A DNA stretch of 32,259 bases from positions 1 through 32,259 of the IMG/VR virus record IMGVR_UViG_3300048576_000567; one strand, 5' to 3'. Position 1 is the stretch's first letter. Each line of letters starts with the position of its first letter. The position numbers were made by a program, and so were the translations under genes. This document shows, piece after piece, positions 15,812-24,170 of this stretch. The notes beneath the pieces were generated by a model that was not told the origin of the DNA, searched no databases, and saw only the letters and a program-made list of their open reading frames with translations. Origin of the DNA: a virus (lineage: Duplodnaviria; Caudoviricetes).

Positions 15812-18615
15812 TGCCTAAGACCACGATTGATCGCCTGATTATCAATTCCCCATACGAAGAGCCGAAGCACTACTGGAAGTACGACGCTTCTTCCCGCCTC
15901 TTCGATCAGGCTGATGGTCGCCGTCCCGCTGGGTATGTGATTGCTTCTGAACGATCAAAAGCCTACGACGATCCAGGCGTTTTTGTCGAAATCCCATTGG
16001 TCAATCAAATCCGTCCCCGGGTGAAGTCCTGGAGAGAAAACGGTTATCCCGGCGTTTCCAGTACGACCAAGAGGTTACTGGAATTCTGGAGTGATCCGGA
16101 GGAATTCGAACAACGACGATTCTTCTTCTGCCAGATGGAAGCTATCGAGACCATTATCTGGATTACCGAAGCTCCTGCCTCGGAAAAGACAGGCATCGAT
16201 ATTCCCACTGATGGCAGTCTCTTTCAACGATTGTGCTCAAAGATGGCGACCGGCTCCGGTAAGACAATCGTCATGGCCATGCTCATCGCCTGGCAGGTGT
16301 TGAATAAGGTCACTAGCCCCCAGGACACACGCTTCTCTAAGCATGTATTAGTCGTAGCACCCGGGCTGACGGTGAAAAGTCGATTGGCAGTGCTGGAACC
16401 AAGCGCAGAGGGTAATTACTACGAGCATTTTCGGGTGGTTCCATCTGCACTCCTGGACAAACTACGCCAGGGAAAGGTTCTGGTTCGCAACTGGCATGCC
16501 CTGGCTTGGGATACCGAAGAGCAGATCAGAAAAAGACGATCAGTGGACAAACGTGGAGCAAAAAGCGATGAAGCCTATGTTCGAGAGGTGCTTGGAGAAA
16601 TGGCCAACACCCGCAATCTCCTGGTGATTAATGATGAAGCACATCATGCCTGGAGAGTAAACGTTACTGCGGAAGGCAAGTATCTACGTACCAGAGATAT
16701 GAAAGACAGCGCCGAAGAAGCAACCGTGTGGATCGGCGGCCTGGATAGGATTCACAATGCCCGGGGTATTCTCACTTGTTACGATTTTAGCGCTACGCCC
16801 TTTTCTCCATCTGGAAAGAAAAGCTCGGAGGAATCCCTTTTCACTTGGATTATTAGTGATTTCGGCCTAAATGACGCCATCGAGGCAGGATTGGTCAAGA
16901 CGCCCAGAGTCGTGGTTCGTGACGATGCCCACCCGGATGCAAAGACCTATAAATCCAGATTGTACCATATCTACAACGACGATGATGTGAAGACCGACCT
17001 CAATCGTTCTGCCAAACCGGAAGAACCACTTCCCGATTTAGTATTAAACGCTTACTACCTACTTGGATATGACTGGCGCGAAACGATGCGATCATGGACA
17101 GCCAATGGTCAGGTTGTACCCCCGGTGATGATCACCGTCTGCAATCGCACGGAGACTGCCGCCCGGGTGAAGCATGCCTTCGAATTCAAAAAAGTCCATA
17201 TTGATGAGTTATGTGAGGCCCCGAATATTCTACATATCGACTCAAAAGTCCTGGATATCGCTGAATCGCAAGAAGAGCTTATAGATACGGTGCATCCATC
17301 CGATGACACAGATAGTAATGAGAATGGAGATGCTCTTGCCTCACGGAAATCGACAAAGAAAGCCCAAGCGGAACTCCTCCGGCGGATGGTAGATACCGTT
17401 GGGCAGCTTGGCAAGAGTGGACAGCAACTACCTGGTAGTCTTGTCCGAAACGTGATTTCAGTAGGCATGCTCTCTGAAGGTTGGGATGCAAAGACCGTAA
17501 CGCACATCATGGGACTGCGAGCCTTCTCCAGTCAGTTATTGTGCGAGCAGGTGGTCGGTCGTGGATTGCGCAGAACCACTTATGATGTTGATCCAACAAC
17601 AGGTTTGTTTGAACCGGAATATGTGAATATTTTCGGCGTTCCATTCACTTTTCTACCCCATGAAGGTGGTGAAGGCGCACCTCCACCGCCTCCCAATCCC
17701 AAAATCCCGGTCTTCCCGGATGATGACAAAGCAGAATTCGCTATTTCTTGGCCGAACGTCATCCGCATTGAGCGGGTTTTCCGACCGACCTTGGCATTGG
17801 ACTGGGAGAAAGTACAACCGTTGGTCTTAGATGCTTCAGATACCAGGCAAATTGCAGCACTGGCACCGGTAGTCGATGGCAAACCGGATGTCTCAAAAAT
17901 TACCGAGATCGACTTGGAAAGCTTAGCGCAGGAGTTTCGAACTCAGCGGATTGTTTTCGAGGCCGCACGTGACAATTTCCAGCTTATCAGCTCAGAGTGG
18001 AAAGGCAACAAGGAGTACTTGCTTGCCCAACTAGTACATCTGGTAGAGGATTTTGTCACATCCGACAAGATTATCATCGATCCGCCGTTATTCAATCATG
18101 GAGATTTGCGAAGACGTTTGATAATCACGCTGAATATGAGTAAGGTGATTCAGCACATTGGCGATGCCATTCGGTATGCCAATACCGAGTATTATGAGCC
18201 GTTGTTCGACCGTGATCACCCGGTACGTTCCACTGGAGACATGCCCACTTGGTTCACAAGCAAGCCCTGCGAGTATACCAAGAAGTCGCATATTAATAAT
18301 GCCGTGTTAGACAGTACCTGGGAAGGATCTGAAGCCTTCCATCTCGATCATGACCCCGAAGTAGTTGCATGGGCAAAGAACGATCATCTGAACTTCGAGG
18401 TTTTATACATCTTCAAGGGTATCGTGAAGAAATACCGACCTGATTTTCTAATCCGAACCCGGAATGGCGAGATGTGGATTCTCGAAACCAAAGGCCAGGA
18501 GGCAGAACAGGATCGGGTGAAGAAGCGTTACTTGCAGGAATGGGTTGATGCCGTGAATCAACATGGTGGCTTCGGGAAGTGGGGAGTGATGGAATCTCGT
18601 TTCCCAAAATCATAG
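15811..18615 (+). CDS. res: Type III R-M restriction subunit Res (SF2 helicase plus PD-(D/E)xK nuclease, 934 aa)
   Basis: KMATGSGKT (Walker A), INDEAHH, SATP, LSEGWD, QVVGRGLRR and C-terminal YRPDFLI...ILETKG. Confidence 0.93.
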   Translation: MPKTTIDRLIINSPYEEPKHYWKYDASSRLFDQADGRRPAGYVIASERSKAYDDPGVFVEIPLVNQIRPRVKSWRENGYPGVSSTTKRLLEFWSDPEEFEQRRFFFCQMEAIETIIWITEAPASEKTGIDIPTDGSLFQRLCSKMATGSGKTIVMAMLIAWQVLNKVTSPQDTRFSKHVLVVAPGLTVKSRLAVLEPSAEGNYYEHFRVVPSALLDKLRQGKVLVRNWHALAWDTEEQIRKRRSVDKRGAKSDEAYVREVLGEMANTRNLLVINDEAHHAWRVNVTAEGKYLRTRDMKDSAEEATVWIGGLDRIHNARGILTCYDFSATPFSPSGKKSSEESLFTWIISDFGLNDAIEAGLVKTPRVVVRDDAHPDAKTYKSRLYHIYNDDDVKTDLNRSAKPEEPLPDLVLNAYYLLGYDWRETMRSWTANGQVVPPVMITVCNRTETAARVKHAFEFKKVHIDELCEAPNILHIDSKVLDIAESQEELIDTVHPSDDTDSNENGDALASRKSTKKAQAELLRRMVDTVGQLGKSGQQLPGSLVRNVISVGMLSEGWDAKTVTHIMGLRAFSSQLLCEQVVGRGLRRTTYDVDPTTGLFEPEYVNIFGVPFTFLPHEGGEGAPPPPPNPKIPVFPDDDKAEFAISWPNVIRIERVFRPTLALDWEKVQPLVLDASDTRQIAALAPVVDGKPDVSKITEIDLESLAQEFRTQRIVFEAARDNFQLISSEWKGNKEYLLAQLVHLVEDFVTSDKIIIDPPLFNHGDLRRRLIITLNMSKVIQHIGDAIRYANTEYYEPLFDRDHPVRSTGDMPTWFTSKPCEYTKKSHINNAVLDSTWEGSEAFHLDHDPEVVAWAKNDHLNFEVLYIFKGIVKKYRPDFLIRTRNGEMWILETKGQEAEQDRVKKRYLQEWVDAVNQHGGFGKWGVMESRFPKS

Positions 18616-18630
18616 GACGGAGGGTGCTGT

Positions 18631-19170
18631 ATGGGGAATAGGCAGGTCCAACTGAATGATCCCGCTAATCTGCCTCGATTGAGTAAGGAAATCATGCTAT
18701 GCAAGGGAAAGGCAGCAGCTGTATGCCTTCATTCCGAAGGCAAGCAGCCAGGTGTTGAGCTGTCAGTAACAGGCTCTCTAACTGAGACGATTGATTTAAA
18801 CTGGGAATCCCTTGAGGAATGCGACATAAACAGCTATTCAGATTACCAGGAATCCACTGAGTGGGGAGCTGAAGCAATCGCCTTCATCGTAGTAAACGAG
18901 CTCACCAATTATGATGTGGTAAAGAGATCTGCGAAGGGAACCGGATTTGATTATATGCTTGCCAACAGAGACAGCGAGCTTTTTCAAGGTTATCAAGCCA
19001 AACTTGAGGTCTCTGGGATTAAGAAGTTGAAGAGCAAATCAGATATCAAAGAGCGAGTTAGGCAGAAGATCCAGCAAGCATCACGCAAGTACAAAGATTT
19101 GCCGGTTTTTGTTGTTGTGACGGCGTTTTCTACCCCCGAAGCGGAGGTGTCGCATGTTGCAGGAGATTGA
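18631..19170 (+). CDS. Uncharacterised protein with putative PD-(D/E)xK-like nuclease fold (179 aa)
   Basis: RBS GGAGG. Acidic helix (E77), GFD107Y, LE126VS and a K146xxQ helix, followed by a hydrophobic strand VFVVVT. Confidence 0.55.
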   Translation: MGNRQVQLNDPANLPRLSKEIMLCKGKAAAVCLHSEGKQPGVELSVTGSLTETIDLNWESLEECDINSYSDYQESTEWGAEAIAFIVVNELTNYDVVKRSAKGTGFDYMLANRDSELFQGYQAKLEVSGIKKLKSKSDIKERVRQKIQQASRKYKDLPVFVVVTAFSTPEAEVSHVAGD

Positions 19171-20296
19171 GAAAATTCATGATGAGGCAATGGAGCTTCT
19201 TGATAAAGCTCAAATCGCGAAATTGAATAAAGACATTAAATTATCGCATGATTTGAAGCTGCTGGCTTACGAGAAGGAAAGTCAGGCTGCAAGCATGCTC
19301 CTCAATGAGGACATTGAGCCATCAAGATCAATCCTCTATCGAAGCGCAGCCAGCATCGCGTTTGATCTCGGCTTGTTCACAGAAGCCGAGAAGTTAGTGT
19401 GTACCGGGTTAGTTGGGAATCCTCCTGAGTGGGTAGCGGAAGAGCTTCGTGACCTGTACGAGGATATAAATCAAGGGCGACATCTTGAACTAAAAGGGGT
19501 TCATCTTTCAGAAGAAGAGTTTCAGATGTCATTCGAAGGAAATGATGTAGGCAATGGCTTTGCCCGTTTTGAAGATTATCTCCCAAGAGCTGGGGCCATC
19601 TCAAAATTGATTCAACGAACAGCTCAGCGAAAAACCCAGAACGGTGAATTCAATAAAAAAATCCCCAAACCCATTATTGAAGGGTTCACTCCCTATTTAT
19701 CAGAGCCGAGAGCTGCCAGTTTTGCGGTAACATTTAGAATTGCAGTCCCTGGAGAGCAGCTCGAATTATTTGAAGCAGCTCCCAAAAAGGAGATACTACG
19801 AGAAGTACTAGATTGTATAGAGCTTCTTGAACAGAATAAAATGGAGGAGCTCAAGACTAGAATTGGCTCGGAAGAGTACTACGGTAATTTTATCGCCCTT
19901 TGCGACAATCTTCGTCCTGATGGCGATAGCATAAAAGCGGTCGGGTTCACATATTCATCGGCTTCAGGTGAAAAACGAATCATCGTAAAAAAGCAAAAAG
20001 AGAAGCTCCAAGTTACATCTGAACCAGATCCGGAGCTCATTAACACGATTGAAGCACTAAAAAAGGGTAGCGATGTAACGATCCGAGGAATACTTCAAGT
20101 CGCTGATAAAAGTAAGGAAAAGCCCGAGATACAGATCAATTGTAAAGGAGTTTTCTATACCGTGCGTGTTCCCGAAGGTCTAATCGATGATATCGTGCGT
20201 CCATTATGGGATAAAATGGTCATCATCAAGGGAAAGAAGCACTCGAAAACGATTATCGAGATGGAGAAGATACAAGAAGATGCTGATACAGATTAG
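19154..20296 (+). CDS. Uncharacterised three-domain protein: TPR-like helices, alpha/beta domain, OB-like C-terminus (380 aa)
   Basis: RBS GGAGGTG and 17-nt overlap with the upstream gene. Helical N-terminus (HDEAMEL...EPSRSILYRSAAS...GNPP) and beta-rich C-terminus (VTIRGIL...VIIKGK). Confidence 0.6.
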   Translation: MLQEIEKIHDEAMELLDKAQIAKLNKDIKLSHDLKLLAYEKESQAASMLLNEDIEPSRSILYRSAASIAFDLGLFTEAEKLVCTGLVGNPPEWVAEELRDLYEDINQGRHLELKGVHLSEEEFQMSFEGNDVGNGFARFEDYLPRAGAISKLIQRTAQRKTQNGEFNKKIPKPIIEGFTPYLSEPRAASFAVTFRIAVPGEQLELFEAAPKKEILREVLDCIELLEQNKMEELKTRIGSEEYYGNFIALCDNLRPDGDSIKAVGFTYSSASGEKRIIVKKQKEKLQVTSEPDPELINTIEALKKGSDVTIRGILQVADKSKEKPEIQINCKGVFYTVRVPEGLIDDIVRPLWDKMVIIKGKKHSKTIIEMEKIQEDADTD

Positions 20297-20346
20297 ATTA
20301 GAGTATATATGGGTCCAGATTGCTCATGAAATTCTCTGGAGGCTAT

Positions 20347-21504
20347 ATGTGTCCTGATAATCGAGATGATCTCAGCGTGATCCTTAAAGATTTTGCACCA
20401 GATGTAAAGGTTGTTGAGGAACTTCTCACACAAGGGAAGTGCATATTCCTTCTGGGTGCAGGCTGCAGCAAATGTGCTGGCTTACCATTGATGGGTGAAC
20501 TGACTGATAAGGTGTTAGAACGGAATTGCCTGAGTAACGATTCGAAGAGCATCTTAGAAGGCATCAGAAGCAACTTCGAAAATGGAATAGCCCCCAACAT
20601 TGAAGATTATCTAAGCGAGCTTATTGACCACCTATCAATAGCTGATCGCCGATTTGAAAAAGGTATTAAAGACCCATCTGCGACGATAGGGGAAAAGAAA
20701 TATTCGAAAACACAACTCCGAAAAGCAGTCGAAGAGATAAAAGAAGGAATATCAAAATGTATCAAGCGACCAACGAACAATGCGAATACGGGTTTGCATC
20801 GGACATTCGTTAAAGCTGTTCACAAACAAAACCGACCAGGTCGCCCAACTCAGCTCAGCAATATCACGTATTTGGTGCTAAACTACGATACCCTTCTCGA
20901 GGATGCGTTAGCTTTAGAGAAGATCCCATTTTGTGATGGGATTGAGGGAGGATCCTCAGGTTGGTGGAATCCAAGCAAGTTCACTCTTTCAGGAATTTAC
21001 TCCAATGTGTTAAAACTTCACGGGTCTATTGATTGGCTTCAGATCGAAAATGATCCATTACCCCGCCGCTGTGCCCCAGGAATAATCCCGGATACAGAGG
21101 AAAAAACTATCCTCATTTGGCCCGCATCTACTAAATACACCCAAGCTCAGCTCGATCCATACGCTCAGCTTTTAAACCAGGCCAGGTCAGAACTTGAAGC
21201 TAAGAAGCAATCGGAAAAAGTCCTGTTCACTTGTGGATATAGCTTCAGTGACGCGCATATAAATGCTGAAATTGACCGTGCATTAAGAGTTTCGGAGGGA
21301 AATTTAACTGTCGTGGCTTTGACCTCAGATGATGAGCCTCTCGGCCAGCTGAAGCAATGGCACGATGATAAGGATGTTTCTGACCAAATCAGAATATATG
21401 CCAACAAAGGTGTATTTCACGGAAGCGATACTCAGCGATCAGAGTCAGAACTGCTATGGTGGAAGTTTGAGAATTTTGTGCGACTACTTAGGGGGGAAGC
21501 ATGA
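20347..21504 (+). CDS. SIR2-family NADase effector of a Sir2-HerA system (385 aa)
   Basis: IFLLGAGCS, LNYDTLLE, LKLHGSIDW and GYSFSDAHIN. GGAGG RBS before the ATG at 20347. Confidence 0.9.
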   Translation: MCPDNRDDLSVILKDFAPDVKVVEELLTQGKCIFLLGAGCSKCAGLPLMGELTDKVLERNCLSNDSKSILEGIRSNFENGIAPNIEDYLSELIDHLSIADRRFEKGIKDPSATIGEKKYSKTQLRKAVEEIKEGISKCIKRPTNNANTGLHRTFVKAVHKQNRPGRPTQLSNITYLVLNYDTLLEDALALEKIPFCDGIEGGSSGWWNPSKFTLSGIYSNVLKLHGSIDWLQIENDPLPRRCAPGIIPDTEEKTILIWPASTKYTQAQLDPYAQLLNQARSELEAKKQSEKVLFTCGYSFSDAHINAEIDRALRVSEGNLTVVALTSDDEPLGQLKQWHDDKDVSDQIRIYANKGVFHGSDTQRSESELLWWKFENFVRLLRGEA

Positions 21505-23264
21505 GTACATTGCGGCAGTCTCCTTGCGATCCCATCGAGAACCTTTCAATCGGCAGTATCATCGAAGTGGACGGGATTCACATAATCGCCGAGCTTCAAT
21601 CATCATTATCGGAGTTGTCTCGAGTATTTGCTGGCGAAGTGTATCCTATTGGCCAGTTTGGATCGATCCTGAAAATTCATGTTGGAAGAAAGCTCCTTTA
21701 TGCTTTTGTGGGTCGCCTTAGGATGAAATCCGAGCTTCAAGCCGAAAGAGGAATAATCACAGCAACAGCATCGGACGAGAGAATAGTAGAAGCTGATTTG
21801 TTTGGTGAAGGAGTATGGAAGAAAAGCAGTGAGGGTGACTGGGAACTTTCATTTGAAAGGGGGATTTCCACATACCCATTACCCCAACAGACGGTGTATT
21901 TAACCCCTAAAAATGAGCTGCGCGGGATATATGGACAAGGAAAGGGAGCCATTGTTAGATTAGGAAACCACGTCGGGTCTGTGGAAACGCCTTGCTATGC
22001 GGACATGAATGAACTACTGGGAAAGCACACTGCTATCCTCGGTTCAACAGGTTCAGGTAAATCCGGAACCGTTGCCGCAGTTCTACATAGTCTGCTTGAA
22101 AAGCACACTCATGATGAGCATGCTGCTTGGAAACCTAGGATCATCATTCTTGATCCCCATGGGGAGTATGGAGGCGCTTTTGATCAGCATTATCTCCGCT
22201 CAACGGATAATGGAACTCTTGATCTCCCATACTGGTTGATGAATTTGGAGGAGACAGTAACTCTATTGATTGGGAAAACAACAGAAGCAGCCACTTCTCA
22301 GTCCAATATCGTCAAGAACGCATTGTATGCAATTCGTAAGGGCTCAGCTCGACTGCTTCAGTTTAATGAGAATCAAATCACTGTAGATTCCCCAATCCCA
22401 TATCCCATCGGAGCTAGTGGTATCGCCTTGAATGATTTTGGGAGAACTTCAGATGATGCGCTCTATTCAGAAGGGCTGATAGGTGAAATCAACAAACAAA
22501 GACCCGATAACAAAAACAAAAAAGATCATGAGGCTTATAATAAAATCATCGCGAAAATTGAGTCCTTGAGACTCGATCCTCGATTGAACTTCCTAATGAA
22601 AGAGTGGAATTCAGAACAAGGAGACTCGATCTCGTGCATCATTGAACAGTTAACAAATTGTGATGGTCATCCTTGCATTGTGGATTTATCCGGAGTCCCG
22701 AATGAGATTGCCGGAATAGCTAGTGCTATCATCGCTCGGACTCTTTTTAGTATTAAAGTATGGCAAACCACTCAGGAGCGCGAAGAAGACCCTGTTTTAC
22801 TTGTTTGTGAAGAAGCTCACAGATATGTTCCCAATCGAGGTGAAGCTCAATATGAAGCAGCTCAAGAAGCAATACGTCGAATCGCTAAAGAGGGACGAAA
22901 ATACGGCATTGGGCTTCTGCTGGTATCACAAAGGCCAAGTGAAGTTGAGGCTACAGTCCTTTCTCAGTGTAACAGCTGGATTGTGCTGAGAATCACAAAT
23001 GAAGCGGACAGAGAGCATGTCCGGTCAATTCTTCCTGATTCCATGTCTGGGCTTACGAAGATGCTATCAGGACTTAGACGCCAAGAAGCGATCTTTGTTG
23101 GCCAAGCAGCAATGATACCTTCTCGAATCATGATTCGCACATTAGAAACGCATCAACTGCCAAAATCGCATGATATAGACTTCGAAAAGGGCTGGCAGCA
23201 TACCCACCCTATTCAAGACAAAATCATGGATGTAGTTAAGCGATGGCGGTATCAGCAAAAATAA
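21501..23264 (+). CDS. HerA/FtsK-family ATPase of a Sir2-HerA (Nezha-type) system (587 aa)
   Basis: HAS-barrel-like N-terminus, GSTGSGKS, IILDPHGEY, CEEAHRY, KEGRKYG and SQRPSE. ATGA overlap with SIR2. Confidence 0.92.
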   Translation: MSTLRQSPCDPIENLSIGSIIEVDGIHIIAELQSSLSELSRVFAGEVYPIGQFGSILKIHVGRKLLYAFVGRLRMKSELQAERGIITATASDERIVEADLFGEGVWKKSSEGDWELSFERGISTYPLPQQTVYLTPKNELRGIYGQGKGAIVRLGNHVGSVETPCYADMNELLGKHTAILGSTGSGKSGTVAAVLHSLLEKHTHDEHAAWKPRIIILDPHGEYGGAFDQHYLRSTDNGTLDLPYWLMNLEETVTLLIGKTTEAATSQSNIVKNALYAIRKGSARLLQFNENQITVDSPIPYPIGASGIALNDFGRTSDDALYSEGLIGEINKQRPDNKNKKDHEAYNKIIAKIESLRLDPRLNFLMKEWNSEQGDSISCIIEQLTNCDGHPCIVDLSGVPNEIAGIASAIIARTLFSIKVWQTTQEREEDPVLLVCEEAHRYVPNRGEAQYEAAQEAIRRIAKEGRKYGIGLLLVSQRPSEVEATVLSQCNSWIVLRITNEADREHVRSILPDSMSGLTKMLSGLRRQEAIFVGQAAMIPSRIMIRTLETHQLPKSHDIDFEKGWQHTHPIQDKIMDVVKRWRYQQK

Positions 23265-23283
23265 TAAAGCCAGCACTCTCCCC

Positions 23284-23312
23284 TTGACTTCATCCAGCGC
23301 TATCTTTATCGT
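23284..23312 (+). promoter_or_regulatory. Sigma70-like promoter of cassette 1
   Basis: TTGACT-N17-TATCGT, with a homologous copy at 23739-23767. Confidence 0.6.
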
Positions 23313-23344
23313 AGAACCATGTTTAGAAGCACAAGGAGCGAGAC

Positions 23345-23617
23345 ATGGTCAGCGAGAAATTGAGAAACGACAAGCCGAAAACGGTGCGGGTGCGGGCGAA
23401 CTACCTGGGGCATTTCAAGTGGGACTTCTTCAACAAGAACGGCGAGCGGATGCGGCTCTACGACTGCTGCATCCCGGAGTTCATCCCCGGCGAACGCGAC
23501 GGCGAGAACATGTGCCTGGAGATCGACCTCAAGACCGGCAGGATCGTCAACTGGGACGTCACCAAGGAGATGGTCAAGGCGTTCTTCGACAGCGATGCCG
23601 CAGAGCTGGTGATATAG
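23345..23617 (+). CDS. Small hypothetical phage protein, paralog 1 (90 aa)
   Basis: RBS AAGGAG. Shares YD..P.F.P.E..G....LEIDLKTGRI.NW with the next gene. Confidence 0.8.
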   Translation: MVSEKLRNDKPKTVRVRANYLGHFKWDFFNKNGERMRLYDCCIPEFIPGERDGENMCLEIDLKTGRIVNWDVTKEMVKAFFDSDAAELVI

Positions 23618-23635
23618 CTGATTGATCGTAGCGAG

Positions 23636-23655
23636 AACTGGCTGACCGGCCAGTT
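23636..23655 (+). terminator. Inverted repeat AACTGGC-N6-GCCAGTT after paralog 1 (terminator or operator)
   Basis: 7-bp stem followed by a short T run; same arms as 24114-24139. Confidence 0.5.
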
Positions 23656-23738
23656 TCCTCGTTTGGGCAACACCTCCATTTCCTACAACTCCCACCCCTA
23701 ACCTGCTGAAAATAGTGCGGATAAATCTTCTATAGACC

Positions 23739-23767
23739 TTGACTTCCTTGTGCGTTATCTCCATTGT
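23739..23767 (+). promoter_or_regulatory. Sigma70-like promoter of cassette 2
   Basis: TTGACT-N17-CATTGT, homologous to 23284-23312. Confidence 0.55.
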
Positions 23768-23800
23768 AGCCATGTAATTACAAACACAAAGGAGACTACG

Positions 23801-24097
23801 ATGGAAGCGAAAAAGACCACCCGCCGGACCCCGAAGAAGATGTACCTGAACGCCAAGGTGATGAGCGGCTGCAACGCCTCGTTTATGGATAAAGACGGCC
23901 AGGTGATAAAGTTCTACGACGGCCCGGTGCCCAAGTTTATGCCGGAAGAGCACTGGGGCGATTACATTCGCCTCGAGATCGACCTCAAAACCGGCCGAAT
24001 CCTCAACTGGACAGCCACGAAGCAGGACGTGATCGCCTTCATGAGCGACCCCAACAACGCCGACGACTTCTCCGATCCCGCCCCAGACGAAGAATAA
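23801..24097 (+). CDS. Small hypothetical phage protein, paralog 2 (98 aa)
   Basis: RBS AAAGGAG before MEAKK; YDGPVPKFMPEEHWGDYIRLEIDLKTGRILNW; acidic tail. Confidence 0.8.
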   Translation: MEAKKTTRRTPKKMYLNAKVMSGCNASFMDKDGQVIKFYDGPVPKFMPEEHWGDYIRLEIDLKTGRILNWTATKQDVIAFMSDPNNADDFSDPAPDEE

Positions 24098-24113
24098 CCT
24101 CCCTCTAAACAGC

Positions 24114-24139
24114 GAAAACTGGCCGCCCAGCCAGTTTTC
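24114..24139. terminator. Probable bidirectional terminator GAAAACTGGC-N6-GCCAGTTTTC
   Basis: Perfect 10-bp stem with A/T runs, between convergent genes. Confidence 0.6.
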
Positions 24140-24170
24140 CTTGTTGGACACCACTACTTCTCAATTCCCC

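Larger units (their letters stand above)
13100..23270 (+). other. Anti-phage defence island inserted in the prophage
   Basis: Six co-oriented plus-strand genes, visibly AT-richer than the flanks and opposite to the phage genes; includes Type III R-M and Sir2-HerA. Confidence 0.85.

Noticed and set aside
20306-20358. Imperfect 15-bp direct repeat TATATG(G/T)GTCC(A/T)GAT before SIR2
   Set aside because: Only two copies with two mismatches. It could be a junction scar but cannot be distinguished from chance.
23620-24150. Cassette palindromes as integron attC sites
   Set aside because: A GTTGGAC follows the second palindrome but has no complementary RYYYAAC. Each cassette has its own promoter and no integron integrase is present.
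23306-24154. 282-aa minus-strand ORF across the paralog cassettes
   Set aside because: Antisense to two genes that have promoters, RBSs and mutual homology.
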